DNA from: Eledone cirrhosa | Taxonomy: Eukaryota | DNA length: 64,000 nucleotides | Reading direction: 5' to 3' | Assembly: GCA_964016885.1 (NCBI GenBank) | Contig: OZ024753.1 | Coordinates: forward strand, 40,920,001-40,984,000 | Shown here: piece after piece, positions 1 to 13,892 of the stretch | Layout of the letters: every line of letters starts with the position of its first letter | Numbering within the stretch: the first letter of the stretch is position 1 | Notes under the pieces: generated by a model | Seen by the model: only the letters and a program-made list of their open reading frames with translations | What the model was told of the DNA's origin: nothing | Database searches by the model: none | Position numbers and translations under genes: made by a program

Positions 1-32
1 ATGGCGTCCGACCCTCTAACAATACTGCTAAT
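1..32 (-). mobile_element. 5' head fragment of tRNA-derived SINE (truncated by window edge)
   Basis: ATGGCGTCCGACCCTCTAACAATACTGCTAAT matches the end of the copies at 30923-31102 and 38210-38396. Confidence 0.7.
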
Positions 33-322
33 GAAACGGGTCTGCAATATTTGAAACATGTTATAAGACTGCAGTGATTTAAATATGCCGTGGGAATATC
101 AAAACCTCTAAACCCTTCCAGCTAAATAGAAAACTTACACTGTTGATGGTTGAAAATTATCATCATTTCAACATCTTCTGTAGCCTCATAAATACGTCAT
201 TTTGCTGTATTGTTACTTAGAGAAATAACCTTAAGAATAAGTTCACAGACTTTCCTCTGCATTTTCTATAACTTCCTTTACAGCTGGTATAATAATATCC
301 ACTCTAATTGTATGTGACATTC

Positions 323-392
<70 letters not shown>

Positions 393-455
393 TATCTTTC
401 TATCTATCTATCTAACTAACGACCATAGACTGAATGACAGTAACATAGATAGAGA

Positions 456-551
<96 letters not shown>

Positions 552-574
552 GAGAGAGAGAGATAGAGAGAGAG

Positions 575-643
<69 letters not shown>

Positions 644-901
644 CATATATATCATTATTATTATTATTTTTCTTCTTCATTTTGTTTCGTTCAAGGATAT
701 ATTGCAAGAAACACTAAATGTTAAAAATGTTAGTTAAGAAACTACATTTTAGTTGGTTGGGCGTTTTCCTGTCCTTTAGTTCAATGTCCTAAAGAAGAAG
801 AAGAAGAAGAAGAAGAAGAAGAAGAAGAAGAAGAAGAAGAAGAAGAAGAAGAAGAAGAAGAAGACGACGACGACGACGACGAATAATAATAAGAATAAGA
901 A

Positions 902-932
<31 letters not shown>

Positions 933-1316
933 AAGAAGAAGAAGAAGAAGAAGAAGAAGAAGAAGAAGAAGAAGAAGAAGAAGGAGGAAATTAAAAGCAA
1001 AGTTGCCACAAATGAGATTTGAAACCCTAACACAGAGAACTGAAGCAAGTACCATAAAGCCTTATATATTTAATATTCTAACAATTCTATGAATTGGCCG
1101 CCTTGATATAATTATGAGCCGGCATTAATATAAAGATATGGAAGAATTTCAATGTAAGATTGAGGGTTCTGGGAAGGGAGACAACTGTAAAATGTCACAA
1201 AATAATGATTTATACAGCAAAATTACTTGTAACTTGTATGTCGGAGTATTGAATCTGATATACAACATATGTCGTATAATGAGAGAGTGGAATTTAATAT
1301 GGGGTTGTTGTTGTAG

Positions 1317-2066
1317 ATGGTGGTTGTGGTGGTGGTGGTTGTAGTGGTTGTGGTAGTGGTGGTAGTGGTGGTAGTGGTTGTGGTGGTGGTCGTAGTGGTG
1401 GTTGTGGTCGTGTTTGTTGTTGTGGGTGGTGGTGGTAGTGGTCGTGGTGGTTGTGGTGGTGGTCGTGGTGGTGGTCGTGGTGGTGGTCGTGGTGGTGGTT
1501 GTGGTCGTGGTTGTGGTCGTCGTGGTGGTTGTGGTGGTTGTGGTGGTGGTTGTGGTAGTGGTCGTGGTGGTGTTGGTGTTGGTGTTGGTTGTGGTGGTGG
1601 TTGTGGTCGTCGTGGTGGTTGTGGTGGTTGTGGTGGTTGTGGTGGTGGTTGTGGTAGTGGTCGTGGTGGTGTTGGTGTTGATTGTGGTGGTGTTGGTGGT
1701 GGTTGTGGTGGTGGTCGTGGTGGTGGTCGTGGTGGTGGTTGTGGTGGTGTTGGTGGTGGTTGTGGTGGTGGTCGTGGTGGTAGTGGTGATGGTTGTTGTC
1801 GTGGTGCTTGGGGTGGTAGTGGTGGTGATAGTGGTGGTTGTGGTGGTAGTAATGGTGGTGGTCGTGGTGGTTGTGGTGGTGGTAGTGATGGTGGTCGTGG
1901 TGGTTGTGGTGGTGGTTTTCGTGGTGGTCGTGGTGGTCGTGGTGGTAGTGGGGGTGGTGGTTGTGGTGGTGGCGGTCGTGCTTGTTATGGTGGTAATGGT
2001 GGTGGTTGTGGTGGTAGTGGTGGTGATCGTGGTGGTAGTGGTGGTTGTGGTGATGGTGGTGGGGGC
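1317..2066. repeat. (GGT)n-rich low-complexity tract
   Basis: Degenerate GGT/GTT/CGT triplets; poly-Val/Gly ORFs are artefacts. Confidence 0.9.
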
Positions 2067-2171
2067 TAGGTGTTGGGGTATGGTTTGGCTGGGGTTGGAT
2101 GGAGGAGATTGAACCAGCTCGAACTGGACAGAATTAGATGTAGTAATGAGCTAGAGATGATGTTTATGTTT

Positions 2172-2219
<48 letters not shown>

Positions 2220-2380
2220 GAGAGAGAGAGCGAAAGAGAAAAAGAGGCTAAGGGAGTGGGAAAGAGAAGTTGGGAGAGACAGAGACAAGGAGAGTAGGAG
2301 AGAAAGAAACGGTGATGTTAGTAGTGGAGTTGATAGTCACGTTGTTGGAATCAATAACTTCATAGAAAATATATATACAT

Positions 2381-2419
<39 letters not shown>

Positions 2420-2463
2420 TCAAATTTATTATTATTACTGTATATATATATATATATATATAT

Positions 2464-2554
2464 GATGAAATACCAATGATCGTTGGCAAATCACTGATGA
2501 GGGACTCATTTTATAACATGTAATCCATGTGCAACCATGCAGTATTCTTCTCCC
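2464..2554 (+). mobile_element. TA-flanked dispersed repeat (family D), probable PLE terminal fragment
   Basis: Homologous to 60294-60395 (minus) and 34838-34893; contains CTGATGA/CTGACGA but no downstream GAAA. Confidence 0.55.
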
Positions 2555-2624
2555 CATATTTTTCATATATATATATATATATATATAATATAAGATCAAA
2601 AGATGGTTAAAGGAGTTCCATATA

Positions 2625-2691
2625 TTTTATTATGCGCATTTCAAAAACAAACATCATCAAGCAATAATATTTGTGTTTTCATCAGATAAAA
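2625..2691 (-). ncRNA. Type I minimal hammerhead ribozyme (inverted copy)
   Basis: Reverse complement of the 2756-2820 motif, with stem I TTTTAT/ATAAAA. Confidence 0.78.
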
Positions 2692-2755
2692 CAGGAGAAC
2701 ATGATATGAAGGCTAAAAAACACTTGTGGATAGTGCAGTTTTAAATCAACATATC

Positions 2756-2820
2756 TTTATCTGATGAAAACACAAATATTATTGCTTGATGATGTTTGTT
2801 TTTGAAATGCGCATAATAAA
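2756..2820 (+). ncRNA. Type I minimal hammerhead ribozyme
   Basis: Stem I TTTAT/ATAAA; CTGATGA 2761-2767; 16-bp stem II (1 mismatch, GU pairs, loop GCTT); GAAA 2804-2807; palindromic stem III ATGCGCAT; predicted cleavage after 2815. Confidence 0.8.
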
Positions 2821-2944
2821 ATATATGGAACTCCTTTAACCATCTTTTGATCTTATATTATGCATACTCCAGTCCCACAAACTGTAGAATGCTTCTTATC
2901 CGATATCTGCATTGCTTTATTGTACTACAATAAAACTCACCTCC

Positions 2945-3072
<128 letters not shown>

Positions 3073-3480
3073 TATATATATATACGGGATGTATTTACAT
3101 CGGTTTCAACGTACGATCTCAAATCAAAACGTTTGACAAGAATGTGTGACGCCGAAATATTATAATTTTACCTATGTAAAGTTTTCACAAGAATTCTTTA
3201 AAACCTGAGCGACTCTTGATGTGAAATGGCAGAAATAGATAAGAAACAGTGATTGGATGGACATATCCGCCGTCTCAAACCTAAGCGAAGAGTATAGTGG
3301 AGATAAACTCTGTCTGTCAGGAGAATATTTTCCTACTCTATAGACCGTTAAACAAATATATATATATTCGTTATACTTTATCATGTTGCTGTGTTGATTT
3401 CGTTTTACGTTAAACACACACATATATATATACATAAATATATGTGTGTGTACGTATATATATATATATATATATATATA

Positions 3481-3672
3481 TAACAAAAGAATGGTGGTAA
3501 GGAACCAGATTGACCATAACACACCAGAGTACTCAATACTTAGGGTAGTAGAGTGGGAAATAGGAAAAAGTATGACTCCGACGGCAGAGCTCAAGCCGTT
3601 TCGAAGGCTATTTAGTCCAGAAATAGCCGTTTAAACGGCTTGAGCTCTGCCGTCGGGGTCATACTTTTTCCT

Positions 3673-3673
<1 letters not shown>
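3481..3673 (-). mobile_element. TA-anchored repeat family A with fold-back palindrome (3561-3673)
   Basis: Starts AACAAAAGAATGGTGGTAAGGAACC...GTACTCAATAC; imperfect inverted arms; about 10 copies in the window. Confidence 0.7.
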
Positions 3674-3713
<40 letters not shown>

Positions 3714-3775
3714 AGTGTGTGTGTGTGTGTGTCTTTATATATATACATATACATGTACATATATAAATATGTATG

Positions 3776-3812
<37 letters not shown>

Positions 3813-3870
3813 GTGTGTGTGTGTGACATATACACATACACTTATACATACACATATACATACACATACG

Positions 3871-3912
<42 letters not shown>

Positions 3913-4224
3913 TAATCATGTATACATAGTAAACATGGGACAGGTGGTATATGATGACGTTTTACTACTGTACATTTATTATATATAAATATCTACGTAT
4001 GCAAGCTGTGTAGATATATATATTGCAGTATTTATGAATTTGTGTATGTATATATTTGTGTATACACACACATATATATATATATATATATGCATATATA
4101 TATATATGAATGAATGTGTGTATATGTGAGGCTAGGCGTGGTTATTTTATTTGACTGTCTCTGTTTGTAATCTTAATCACTTAAAAACACAAATTTCCAT
4201 TGAGTTACGAAAATATTTATAGAC

Positions 4225-4283
<59 letters not shown>

Positions 4284-4316
4284 ATATATACATTTATACA
4301 TATATATATATATATT

Positions 4317-4448
<132 letters not shown>

Positions 4449-4475
4449 TTATATATATATATATATATATTTATA

Positions 4476-4526
<51 letters not shown>

Positions 4527-4527
4527 G

Positions 4528-4581
<54 letters not shown>

Positions 4582-5041
4582 CATGTATGTATATGTGTCC
4601 ATGTGTATGTGTTATATATATACCACGTGATCAATTATCCCTTATTGCTTATTGTAATGCTACACTCGGCTAAATAGAATCGATACGGAGGGCACACTAT
4701 ACAATAGCGCATAGTTAACAGATAAGTTACATTATATTTGCAATAAGATAATCGATTTATTGATTAAAACAATTATTTAGCCGCTGTCTAATTTAGCTCA
4801 GCTCACATCCATCATATGTCCACCTTTGATGCCATTAGACCCTGCCGCCATTTGTTTCAGACATACATCAAATCGTTTTCATTTTTACAACCTTTCATCT
4901 TGTTCTCACTCAAAACTCTCTCCTCTCGTCTGCTCAATCATTCTTTGTATATATGAATATATTGTGTGTGTATGCGTTCGAGTTCGTACGTGTCTATATG
5001 TTCTTTGTGCACACATATATATATATATGTATGTATGTATG

Positions 5042-5140
<99 letters not shown>

Positions 5141-5183
5141 GTGTATGTATGTATGTATGTATGTATGTATGTATGTATGTATG

Positions 5184-5220
<37 letters not shown>

Positions 5221-5249
5221 GTATGTATGTATATATATATATATGTATA

Positions 5250-5282
<33 letters not shown>

Positions 5283-5291
5283 CTTTGTATG

Positions 5292-5395
<104 letters not shown>

Positions 5396-5485
5396 TATAT
5401 ACACTGACATGCTCATGCATAAATGCACAGATTCATACATAGACACACATACACGTACATATACGAAACATATATACATACATTT

Positions 5486-5570
<85 letters not shown>

Positions 5571-5643
5571 CACAAATACATACATTTGCACACAGATATA
5601 TATATATATACATTCATAAATACATACATTTACATTCACACAG

Positions 5644-5695
<52 letters not shown>

Positions 5696-5871
5696 GGGCT
5701 TTTGATAGATAAATGGCTATGGACGCGCTACGGATAGATGTATAGTAAATAATGCGCCGAAACATCCGTGAGCCGTAGTTAACTACTGAGGAAGGGAGAC
5801 TGTCGACCTCTGGTTTCTGTCTCCTTACCCTCTAACACCGCTTATCAGTAACCACACAAACCCTCCTCTCA

Positions 5872-5939
<68 letters not shown>

Positions 5940-5957
5940 GATATATATATATATATA

Positions 5958-5993
<36 letters not shown>

Positions 5994-6011
5994 GATATAT
6001 ATATATATATA

Positions 6012-6286
<275 letters not shown>

Positions 6287-6364
6287 TGTTATACTTTGGG
6301 AGGGTCATGTTGCCAATAAGAATCTTGCTAAACAAATTCAGAAACGAAATATATTTATATACAT

Positions 6365-6481
<117 letters not shown>

Positions 6482-7035
6482 TGTATGAATGTATGTATAT
6501 ATGTATGTATGTAAGTATGTATGCATGCACAAAGATGTCCAACCTTACTATTGGCCTACGCTACAAATTGTATCGGCTCGTGTAAGTTTGTCTTTTTTCA
6601 CTTCATTACAAAAGCCTTTTTGCCAATTGTTTTTGTCACAAAATCTTTATAGGGTGCCTTACCTGACTCTTAATTGGCACCTTTCGTCTCCCCCAAAATT
6701 GCTGGCCTTGTCCCTTTAGTAGAAATCATTATTATAATTCTATTTTCCACATTGTAGATGATTTGTACCTACCTGTAATCCACCTCTCACACAATCTCAC
6801 TTAACACTAATATTACTGAACACGCCATATCTCTCTTACCTCCCCTTGATCCACTCTCCACACAATTTAGTTATTATTACATCTTCACTAAACCAATTCA
6901 CTATTTTGATCACTGGTCGCTGTTTTCCAACCCAAACCACGTCTCCACCTCACAGTCTTACTTCTCATCAGCTTACTGTCACTTGCTCAGTCATTTTCTC
7001 CACCTCCATCCACTCCCTCTCCATTTCTCTCTCTT

Positions 7036-7120
<85 letters not shown>

Positions 7121-8462
7121 AATGAATAATAACAGGTAGACATCATAAAAAGGTAATTTATTCCCTCTCCCCCTCATTCTCTCTTTCTCTATCTCTCACT
7201 ATTTATAAATATGTATATTCATATCCTTCTCTCTCTCTCTCTCACTCGCTCACTCGCTCTTTCACTCGCTCTCTCACTCCCTCTCTCTCTCCCTCTCTCT
7301 CCCTCTCTCTCCCTCTCTCTCCCTCTCTCTCTCATGGTGTTACAGTGCCACAAAGTCACTCTGTCACGGAACAGGTTCTGTAATCACAATTTTTTCCCCA
7401 CTTCACACCAGACTAATTTACAGTCCTTTCTCCTTCGTCTTTCTCCTCTCTCTCTCCCCCTCTCTATCCCTCACTCTCCCTTTACCTCTCTCTCCTTCTC
7501 TGCCTCTCCCTCCCTCCTCCCCTCTCTCTCTCTCACACTCCGTGATTGAACGGCGATATGTAATCTTTGACAAGGTTAACACGTCACACCATCAAAATAA
7601 TACGTTTGTGATTGCATAGATGGTTTTCGTGATGGTGTTGGTGGTGGTGATGGTGGTGGTGATGGTGGTGGTGTTGGTGGTATTGGTGGTAGTGGTGTTG
7701 GTGATGGTATTGGTGGTGGTGGTGTTGGTGATGGTATTGGTGGTGGTGGTGTTCGTGATGGTTTTGGTGGCGGTGATGGTGGTGTTGGTGATGGTGTTGG
7801 TGGTATTGGTGGTGGTGTTGGTGGTATTGGTGGTGGTGTTGGTGGTATTGGTGGTAGTGGTGTTGGTGATGGTATTGGTGGTGTTGGTGTTGGTGATGGT
7901 ATTGGTGATGGTGGTGATGGTGGTGATGGTGGTGATGGTGGTGATGTTGGTGGTGGTGTTGGTGGTATTGGTGGTGGTGTTGGTGATGGTATTGGTGGTA
8001 GTGATGTTGATAATGGTATTGGTGGTGGTGGTGGTGGTGGTGGTGTTGGTGATGGTTTTGGTGGTAGTGATGTTGATGATGGTATTGGTGGTGGTGGTGG
8101 TGGTGTTGGTGATGGTTTTGGTGGTAGTGATGTTGATGATGGTATTGGTGGTGGTGGTGGTGGTGTTGGTGATGGTTTTGGTGGTAGTGATGTTGATGGT
8201 ATTGGTGGTGGTGGTGTTGGTGACTGTATTGGTGGTAGTGGTGTTGGTGGTGGTATCGTTGGTGGAGTTGGTGTTGGTGATGGTATTGGTGGTAGTGGTG
8301 TTGGTGATGGTATTGGTGATGGTGGTGTTGGTGATGGTATTGGTAATGGTGATGTTGGTGATGATATTTGTGGTGGTGATGATGGTATTGACGATGGTAT
8401 TGCTGGTGGTGGTGTTAGTGGTGTCCTTGGTAGTGAATGGCAGTAGTGGAAATGGTGGTGAT

Positions 8463-9820
8463 AATAGTAATGCTGGTGGTATGGTGGTAGAGGTTGTAGT
8501 AGTAGAGCTTTTTGAGGTAATAGTAATGCTGGTGGTATGGTGGTAGAGGTTGTAGTAGTAGAGCTTTTTGAGGTAATAGTAATGCTGGTGGTATGGTGGT
8601 AGAGGTTGTAGTAGTAGAGCTTTTTGAGGTAATAGTAATGCTGGTGGTATGGTGGTAGAGGTTGTAGTAGTAGAGCTTTTTGAGGTAATAGTAATGCTGG
8701 TGGTATGGTGGTAGAGGTTGTAGTAGTAGAGCTTTGTGAGGTAATAGTAATGCTGGTGGTATGGTGGTAGAGGTTGTAGTAGTAGAGCTTTTTGAGGTAA
8801 TAGTAATGCTGGTGGTATGGTGGTAGAGGTTGTAGTAGTAGAGCTTTTTGAGGTAATAGTAATGCTGGTGGTATGGTGGTAGAGGTTGTAGTAGTAGAGC
8901 TTTTTGAGGTAATAGTAATGCTGGTGGTATGGTGGTAGAGGTTGTAGTAGTAGAGCTTTTTGAGGTAATAGTAATGCTGGTGGTATGGTGGTAGAGGTTG
9001 TAGTAGTAGAGCTTTTTGAGGTAATAGTAATGCTGGTGGTATGGTGGTAGAGGTTGTAGTAGTAGAGCTTTTTGAGGTAATAGTAATGCTGGTGGTATGG
9101 TGGTAGAGGTTGTAGTAGTAGAGCTTTTTGAGGTAATAGTAATGCTGGTGGTATGGTGGTAAAGGTTGTAGTAGTAGAGCTTTTTGAGGTAATAGTAATG
9201 CTGGTGGTATGGAGGTAGAGGTTGTAGTAGTAGAGCTTTTTGAGGTAATAGTAATGCTGGTGGTATGGTGGTAAAGGTTGTAGTAGTAGAGCTTTTTGAG
9301 GTAATAGTAATGCTGGTGGTATGGTGGTAGAGGTTGTAGTAGTAGAGCTTTTTGAGGTAATAGTAATGCTGGTGGTATGGTGGTAGAGGTTGTAGTAGTA
9401 GAGCTTTTTGAGGTAATAGTAATGCTGGTGGTATGGTGGTAGAGGTTGTAGTAGTAGAGCTTTTTGAGGTAATAGTAATGCTGGTGGTATGGTGGTAGAG
9501 GTTGTAGTAGTAGAGCTTTTTGAGGTAATAGTAATGCTGGTGGTATGGTGGTAAAGGTTGTAGTAGTAGAGCTTTTTGAGGTAATAGTAATGCTGGTGGT
9601 ATGGAGGTAAAGGTTGTAGTAGTAGAGCTTTGTGAGGTAATAGTAATGCTGGTGGTATGGTGGTAAAGGTTGTAGTAGTAGAGCTTTGTGAGGTAATAGT
9701 AATGCTGGTGGTATGGTGGTAAAGGTTGTAGTAGTAGAGGTAATAGTAATTGAGGTGGTATGGAGGTAAAGGTTGTAGTAGTAGAGGTAATAGTAATTAA
9801 GGTGGTATGGAGGTAAAGGT
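8463..9820. repeat. 56-bp minisatellite, about 24 copies
   Basis: Unit AATAGTAATGCTGGTGGTATGGTGGTAGAGGTTGTAGTAGTAGAGCTTTTTGAGGT; GAGC recurs at 8505, 8561 etc. Confidence 0.95.
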
Positions 9821-9860
9821 GCTGTTCTTGGAGGTTGCCGTAATGGAAGTTGTGATGGCA

Positions 9861-10047
9861 ATAATTGTTTCTACTTTAGGCACAAGGCCAGCAAATACCC
9901 CCAGTGCATTACTGGTACTTTATTTTATCGACCTCCCGTAAGGATGAAAGACAAAGTTAACCTCGGCGGGATTTGAAGTCAGTCCGTAAAGTGACGTAAC
10001 TCTGTGCTGCAAAGTATGGCGTCCAACCCTCTACCGATACTGCCAAT
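9861..10047 (-). mobile_element. tRNA-derived SINE
   Basis: Minus strand reads TTGGCAGTATCGG (A box) ... GACTTCAAATCCC (degenerate B box) ... CTTTCATCC..GGTCGATAAAATAAAGTACCAG ... GGCCTTGTGCC. Confidence 0.85.
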
Positions 10048-10087
10048 AATGAGTATGGTGGTGGTGGTGGTGGTGGTGGTGGTGGCA

Positions 10088-11220
10088 ATGGTAGTTATAA
10101 GGAGAGGTAGTAGAAGAGGTAATGGTGGGGAGGTAGTGATGGTATGGTGGTGGTGGTGGTGGTGGTGTCGATGGTAGTTATAAGGAGAAGTAGTAGAGGT
10201 AAGGGTGGGGAGGTAGTGATGGTATGGTGTGGTGGTGGTGGTGGTGTCCATGGTAGTTATAGAGGAGAGGTAGTAGTAGTGGTAATGGTGGGGAGTTAGT
10301 GATGGTATGGTGGTGGTGGTGGTGGTGGTGTCCATGGTAGTTTAAAGGAGAAGAAGTAGTAGTGGTAATGGTGAGGTAGGTAGTGAGTGGTATGGTGGTG
10401 TGTGGTGGTGGTGGTGGTGTCAATGGTGGTTTTAAAGGAGAAGTAGTAGTAGTGGTAATGGTGGGGAGGTGTGTTGGTATGGTGGTGGTGGTGGTGGTGG
10501 TGGTGGTGGTGGTGTCAATGGTAGTTATAAGGAGAAGAAGTAGTAGTGGTAATGGTGAGGAGGTAGTGATGGTATGGTGGTGGTGGTGGTGGTGGTGTCA
10601 ATGGTAGTTATAAGGAGGAAGAAGTAGTAGTGGTAATGGTGAGGAGGTAGTGATGGTATGGTGGTGGTGGTGGTGGTGGTGTCAATGGTAGTTATAAGGA
10701 GAAGAAGTAGTAGTGGTAATGGTGGGGGAGTTAGTGATGGTATGGTGGTGGTGGTGGTGGTGGTGTCAATGGTAGTTTAAAGGAGAAGTAGTAGTAGTGG
10801 TAATGGTGGGGAGGTAGTGATGGTATGGTGGTGGTGGTGGTGGTGGTGGTGTCAATGGTAGTTATAAGGAGAAGAAGTAGTAGTGGTAATGGTGGGAGGT
10901 AGTGATGGTATGGTGGTGGTGGTGGTGGTGGTGTCAATGGTAGTTATAAGGAGAAGAAGTAGTAGTGGTAATTGGTGAGGAGGGTAGTGATGGTATGGTG
11001 GTGGTGGTGGTGGTGGCCATGGTAGTTTAAAGGAGAAGAAGTAGTAGAGGTAATGGTGAGGAGGTAGTGATGGTATGGTGGGTGGTGGTGGTGGTGTCCA
11101 TGGTAGTTTAAAGGAGAAGAAGTAGTAGAGGTAATGGTGGGGAGGTTGTGATGGTATGGTGGTGGTGGTGGTGTCAATGGTAGTTATAAGGAGAAGAAGT
11201 AGTAGTGGTAATGGTGAGGA
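10088..11220. repeat. ~80-85-bp degenerate minisatellite, about 14 copies
   Basis: Unit ATGGTAGTTATAAGGAGAAGAAGTAGTAGTGGTAATGGTGAGGAGGTAGTGATGGTAT(GGT)nGTCA. Confidence 0.9.
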
Positions 11221-11558
11221 GATTACAATTATTTCGATACAGGAGATTTTATGACGAACACGATGATATGGTGTTGATGATGGTGTCGGTGGTGGTGGAG
11301 AAGGTGATTAGACTGCAGGCTGCAGAGTTGATGGCAGTTATGTTGGTGTTGCTTATGATGATGATGATGATGATGATCATGATGATGATGATGGTGATAG
11401 TTATAAGGCTTCTGTTGGTGGTTCAAGTAATGAATATGATAATTATCTATCAATCGACCTATTCCCCCCTCTCCCTCTCTCTCTCTCTGTCTCTCTATGT
11501 GTCTCTCTCTCGCTTTCTCCTTCTCTCACTCTCTCCACACAGGCACACAAACACATCA

Positions 11559-11637
<79 letters not shown>

Positions 11638-11693
11638 CTATTATATTATATATATATATATATATACTATAAATATATTATATACACAAAAGA

Positions 11694-11775
<82 letters not shown>

Positions 11776-11951
11776 TCTCTCTTTCTCCTTCTCTCACTCT
11801 CTCCACACAGGCACACAAATACATCATATTTATATATATATATAATATATATATATACTATTTATTATATATATATATACTATAAATATATATATACACA
11901 AAAGATATCTCTCTCTCTCTCTCCTCTCTCTCTATATATATTATATATATA

Positions 11952-11996
<45 letters not shown>

Positions 11997-12136
11997 AAGG
12001 CTAGATATACAAGTAAACGAGGAGCTATGCCAAGAAAGTATGAAGCTCATTGTAATTCCACAATCAGCAAGATAAGATAAACATCTCATCACTGCTATAA
12101 TCGTCAAACTATAAAATTGATGCTCCCCAGCACATA

Positions 12137-12189
<53 letters not shown>

Positions 12190-12343
12190 TATATAAATAT
12201 ATATATATATGCATATATAAATGTATATATATGTATATATATATGTATATATATATATGTATATATCTATATATATATATATATATGCATATATAAATGT
12301 ATATATATGTATATATATGTATATATATATATATGTATATATG

Positions 12344-12417
<74 letters not shown>

Positions 12418-12448
12418 GTATATGTATGTGGGGAGAGAGGAGGAAGAT

Positions 12449-12537
<89 letters not shown>

Positions 12538-13006
12538 TACTTGATAAATAGAAACAAAACTGTACAAACGATACATTCGGTGACAAAGCGGTAGGGTTTG
12601 TAGACTATTGACAATAGAGATATAAAAAAAAAAAACAAGACATTGAAATTATGTGTTTCATTAGTCCGACATTATAACAACTATTGTTGTTGTTTTTATA
12701 GAGTAAGAAATCAATAATCGACTTAAGCCAAATATATACATAGTAGATTGCAGAAAGCAAATATCAACAAAAGAAAGCTGTGGCGGTATTGCAACTAGAA
12801 AGACAAAACCCCTTGGCTAGATCTGTGAAAACGTTAATGCATATACATCAGGTTATTAAAGAGTTAGATTATTTATAAAGGAAGGCAATAAAATGATTGT
12901 CAACTATAGAAACACTACACTGTGTCTATATAACTGTGGTAATGTTGGTATTGTTTGATTTTTTTATAGCAACAGATAGTGCAGAATAGTTAGCATATTA
13001 CCTGTT

Positions 13007-13440
13007 TTCTGGTTCCCCGAGCCTAGTGGGTGAGGAAGGGCTATTTTGAAATATGAGAGCTTTATATGCTGTAAAGTGAGCTCTTTACTTGTTCCAAAGG
13101 CCTAGTGGGTGAAGAGGGGTTACTTTGAAACATGAGATCTTTATTCTACAAAGTGAGCTCTTTACTGGTTCCAAAGGCCTAGTGGGTGAAGAGGGGCTAC
13201 TTTTGAAATATGAGATCTTTATTCTACAAAGTGAGCTCTTTACTGGTTCCAAAGGCCTAGTGGGTGAAGAGGGGCTACTTTTGAAATATGAGATCTTTAC
13301 GCTGCAAAGTGAGTTCTTTTCTGGTTCCAAAGGCCTAGTGGGTGAGACCACATGGGATCTTGACCGAATGTGTCCAGCGGACTGAGCTCTTTTCTGCCTC
13401 CCAGGGTCTGTTGGTTGAGGAGGAGGTATTTTGAAACATG
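13007..13440. repeat. 78-bp tandem repeat, about 5.5 copies
   Basis: TTTACTGGTTCCAAAGGCCTAGTGGGTGAAGAGGGG at 13161 and 13239; outer copies diverged. Confidence 0.9.
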
Positions 13441-13853
13441 ACCCCTCTAATAAACATAGACATTCATATTATGAAAAACGTTAAACTAATCCAGTAGCCA
13501 TTGTTTAAGTTTTATGTGCTAAAATACCCGAAGGTGAATCATTCAGAAACTCAACAGTTCACTCTCTGCTGATTGCGCATACATATTAGATGCTTTAGTT
13601 AAGGAAGAGAAAAAGAAACTTTTAAGTATGTAATGTTATTCTATTGATCTAAAATGCACGATACAAGTGATAATTATTCTGTTAAATGTGACTGTGACTG
13701 ATATTAGCGTATACAATTTTAATGTCGAGAAAGAAAATTAATTTTAAAAAGGAAATATTTCAAATAAATATTTACAAACTTTAAAGTAATTTAAAACATC
13801 GGTTTATTTCGTACGTTTCATGAAGAATTGGTAAAACAAGCATTAAAAAAAAA

Positions 13854-13892
13854 CTAGCAGAAAAACCACCTTTCGGGTGGTTTTTCTCCTAG
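13854..13892 (-). other. Strong hairpin ending in CTAG-T, possible Helitron 3' terminus
   Basis: CTAG-C-AGAAAAACCACC-TTTCG-GGTGGTTTTTCT-C-CTAG; minus strand ends ...CTAG followed by a T run. Confidence 0.4.

Noticed and set aside
1317-2069. Gly/Cys/Arg-rich ORF resembling a structural protein
   Set aside because: Pure GGT-derived tract, open in two frames, with no signal peptide or splice context
5755-5830. CTGAGGA followed by an 8-bp stem
   Set aside because: No GAAA after the stem; the upstream GAAAC cannot form a valid permuted hammerhead
8463-9820. CRISPR-like periodicity (also 22951-23560 and 53490-54680)
   Set aside because: Head-to-tail repeats without unique spacers; eukaryotic context and no cas genes
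7576-9861. 761-aa Pro/Thr-rich ORF (mucin/extensin-like)
   Set aside because: Made of a 56-bp repeat (not a multiple of 3, so it cycles through all frames) plus an (ACC)n tract; it stays open only because the strand lacks stop triplets
13125-13385. Collagen-like GSKGLVGEEG in the 78-bp repeat
   Set aside because: Only three Gly-X-Y triplets per unit; outer units have indels and there are no consistent splice sites
13859-13887. Bacterial intrinsic terminator-like hairpin
   Set aside because: No prokaryotic gene context; a Helitron-like end is more plausible
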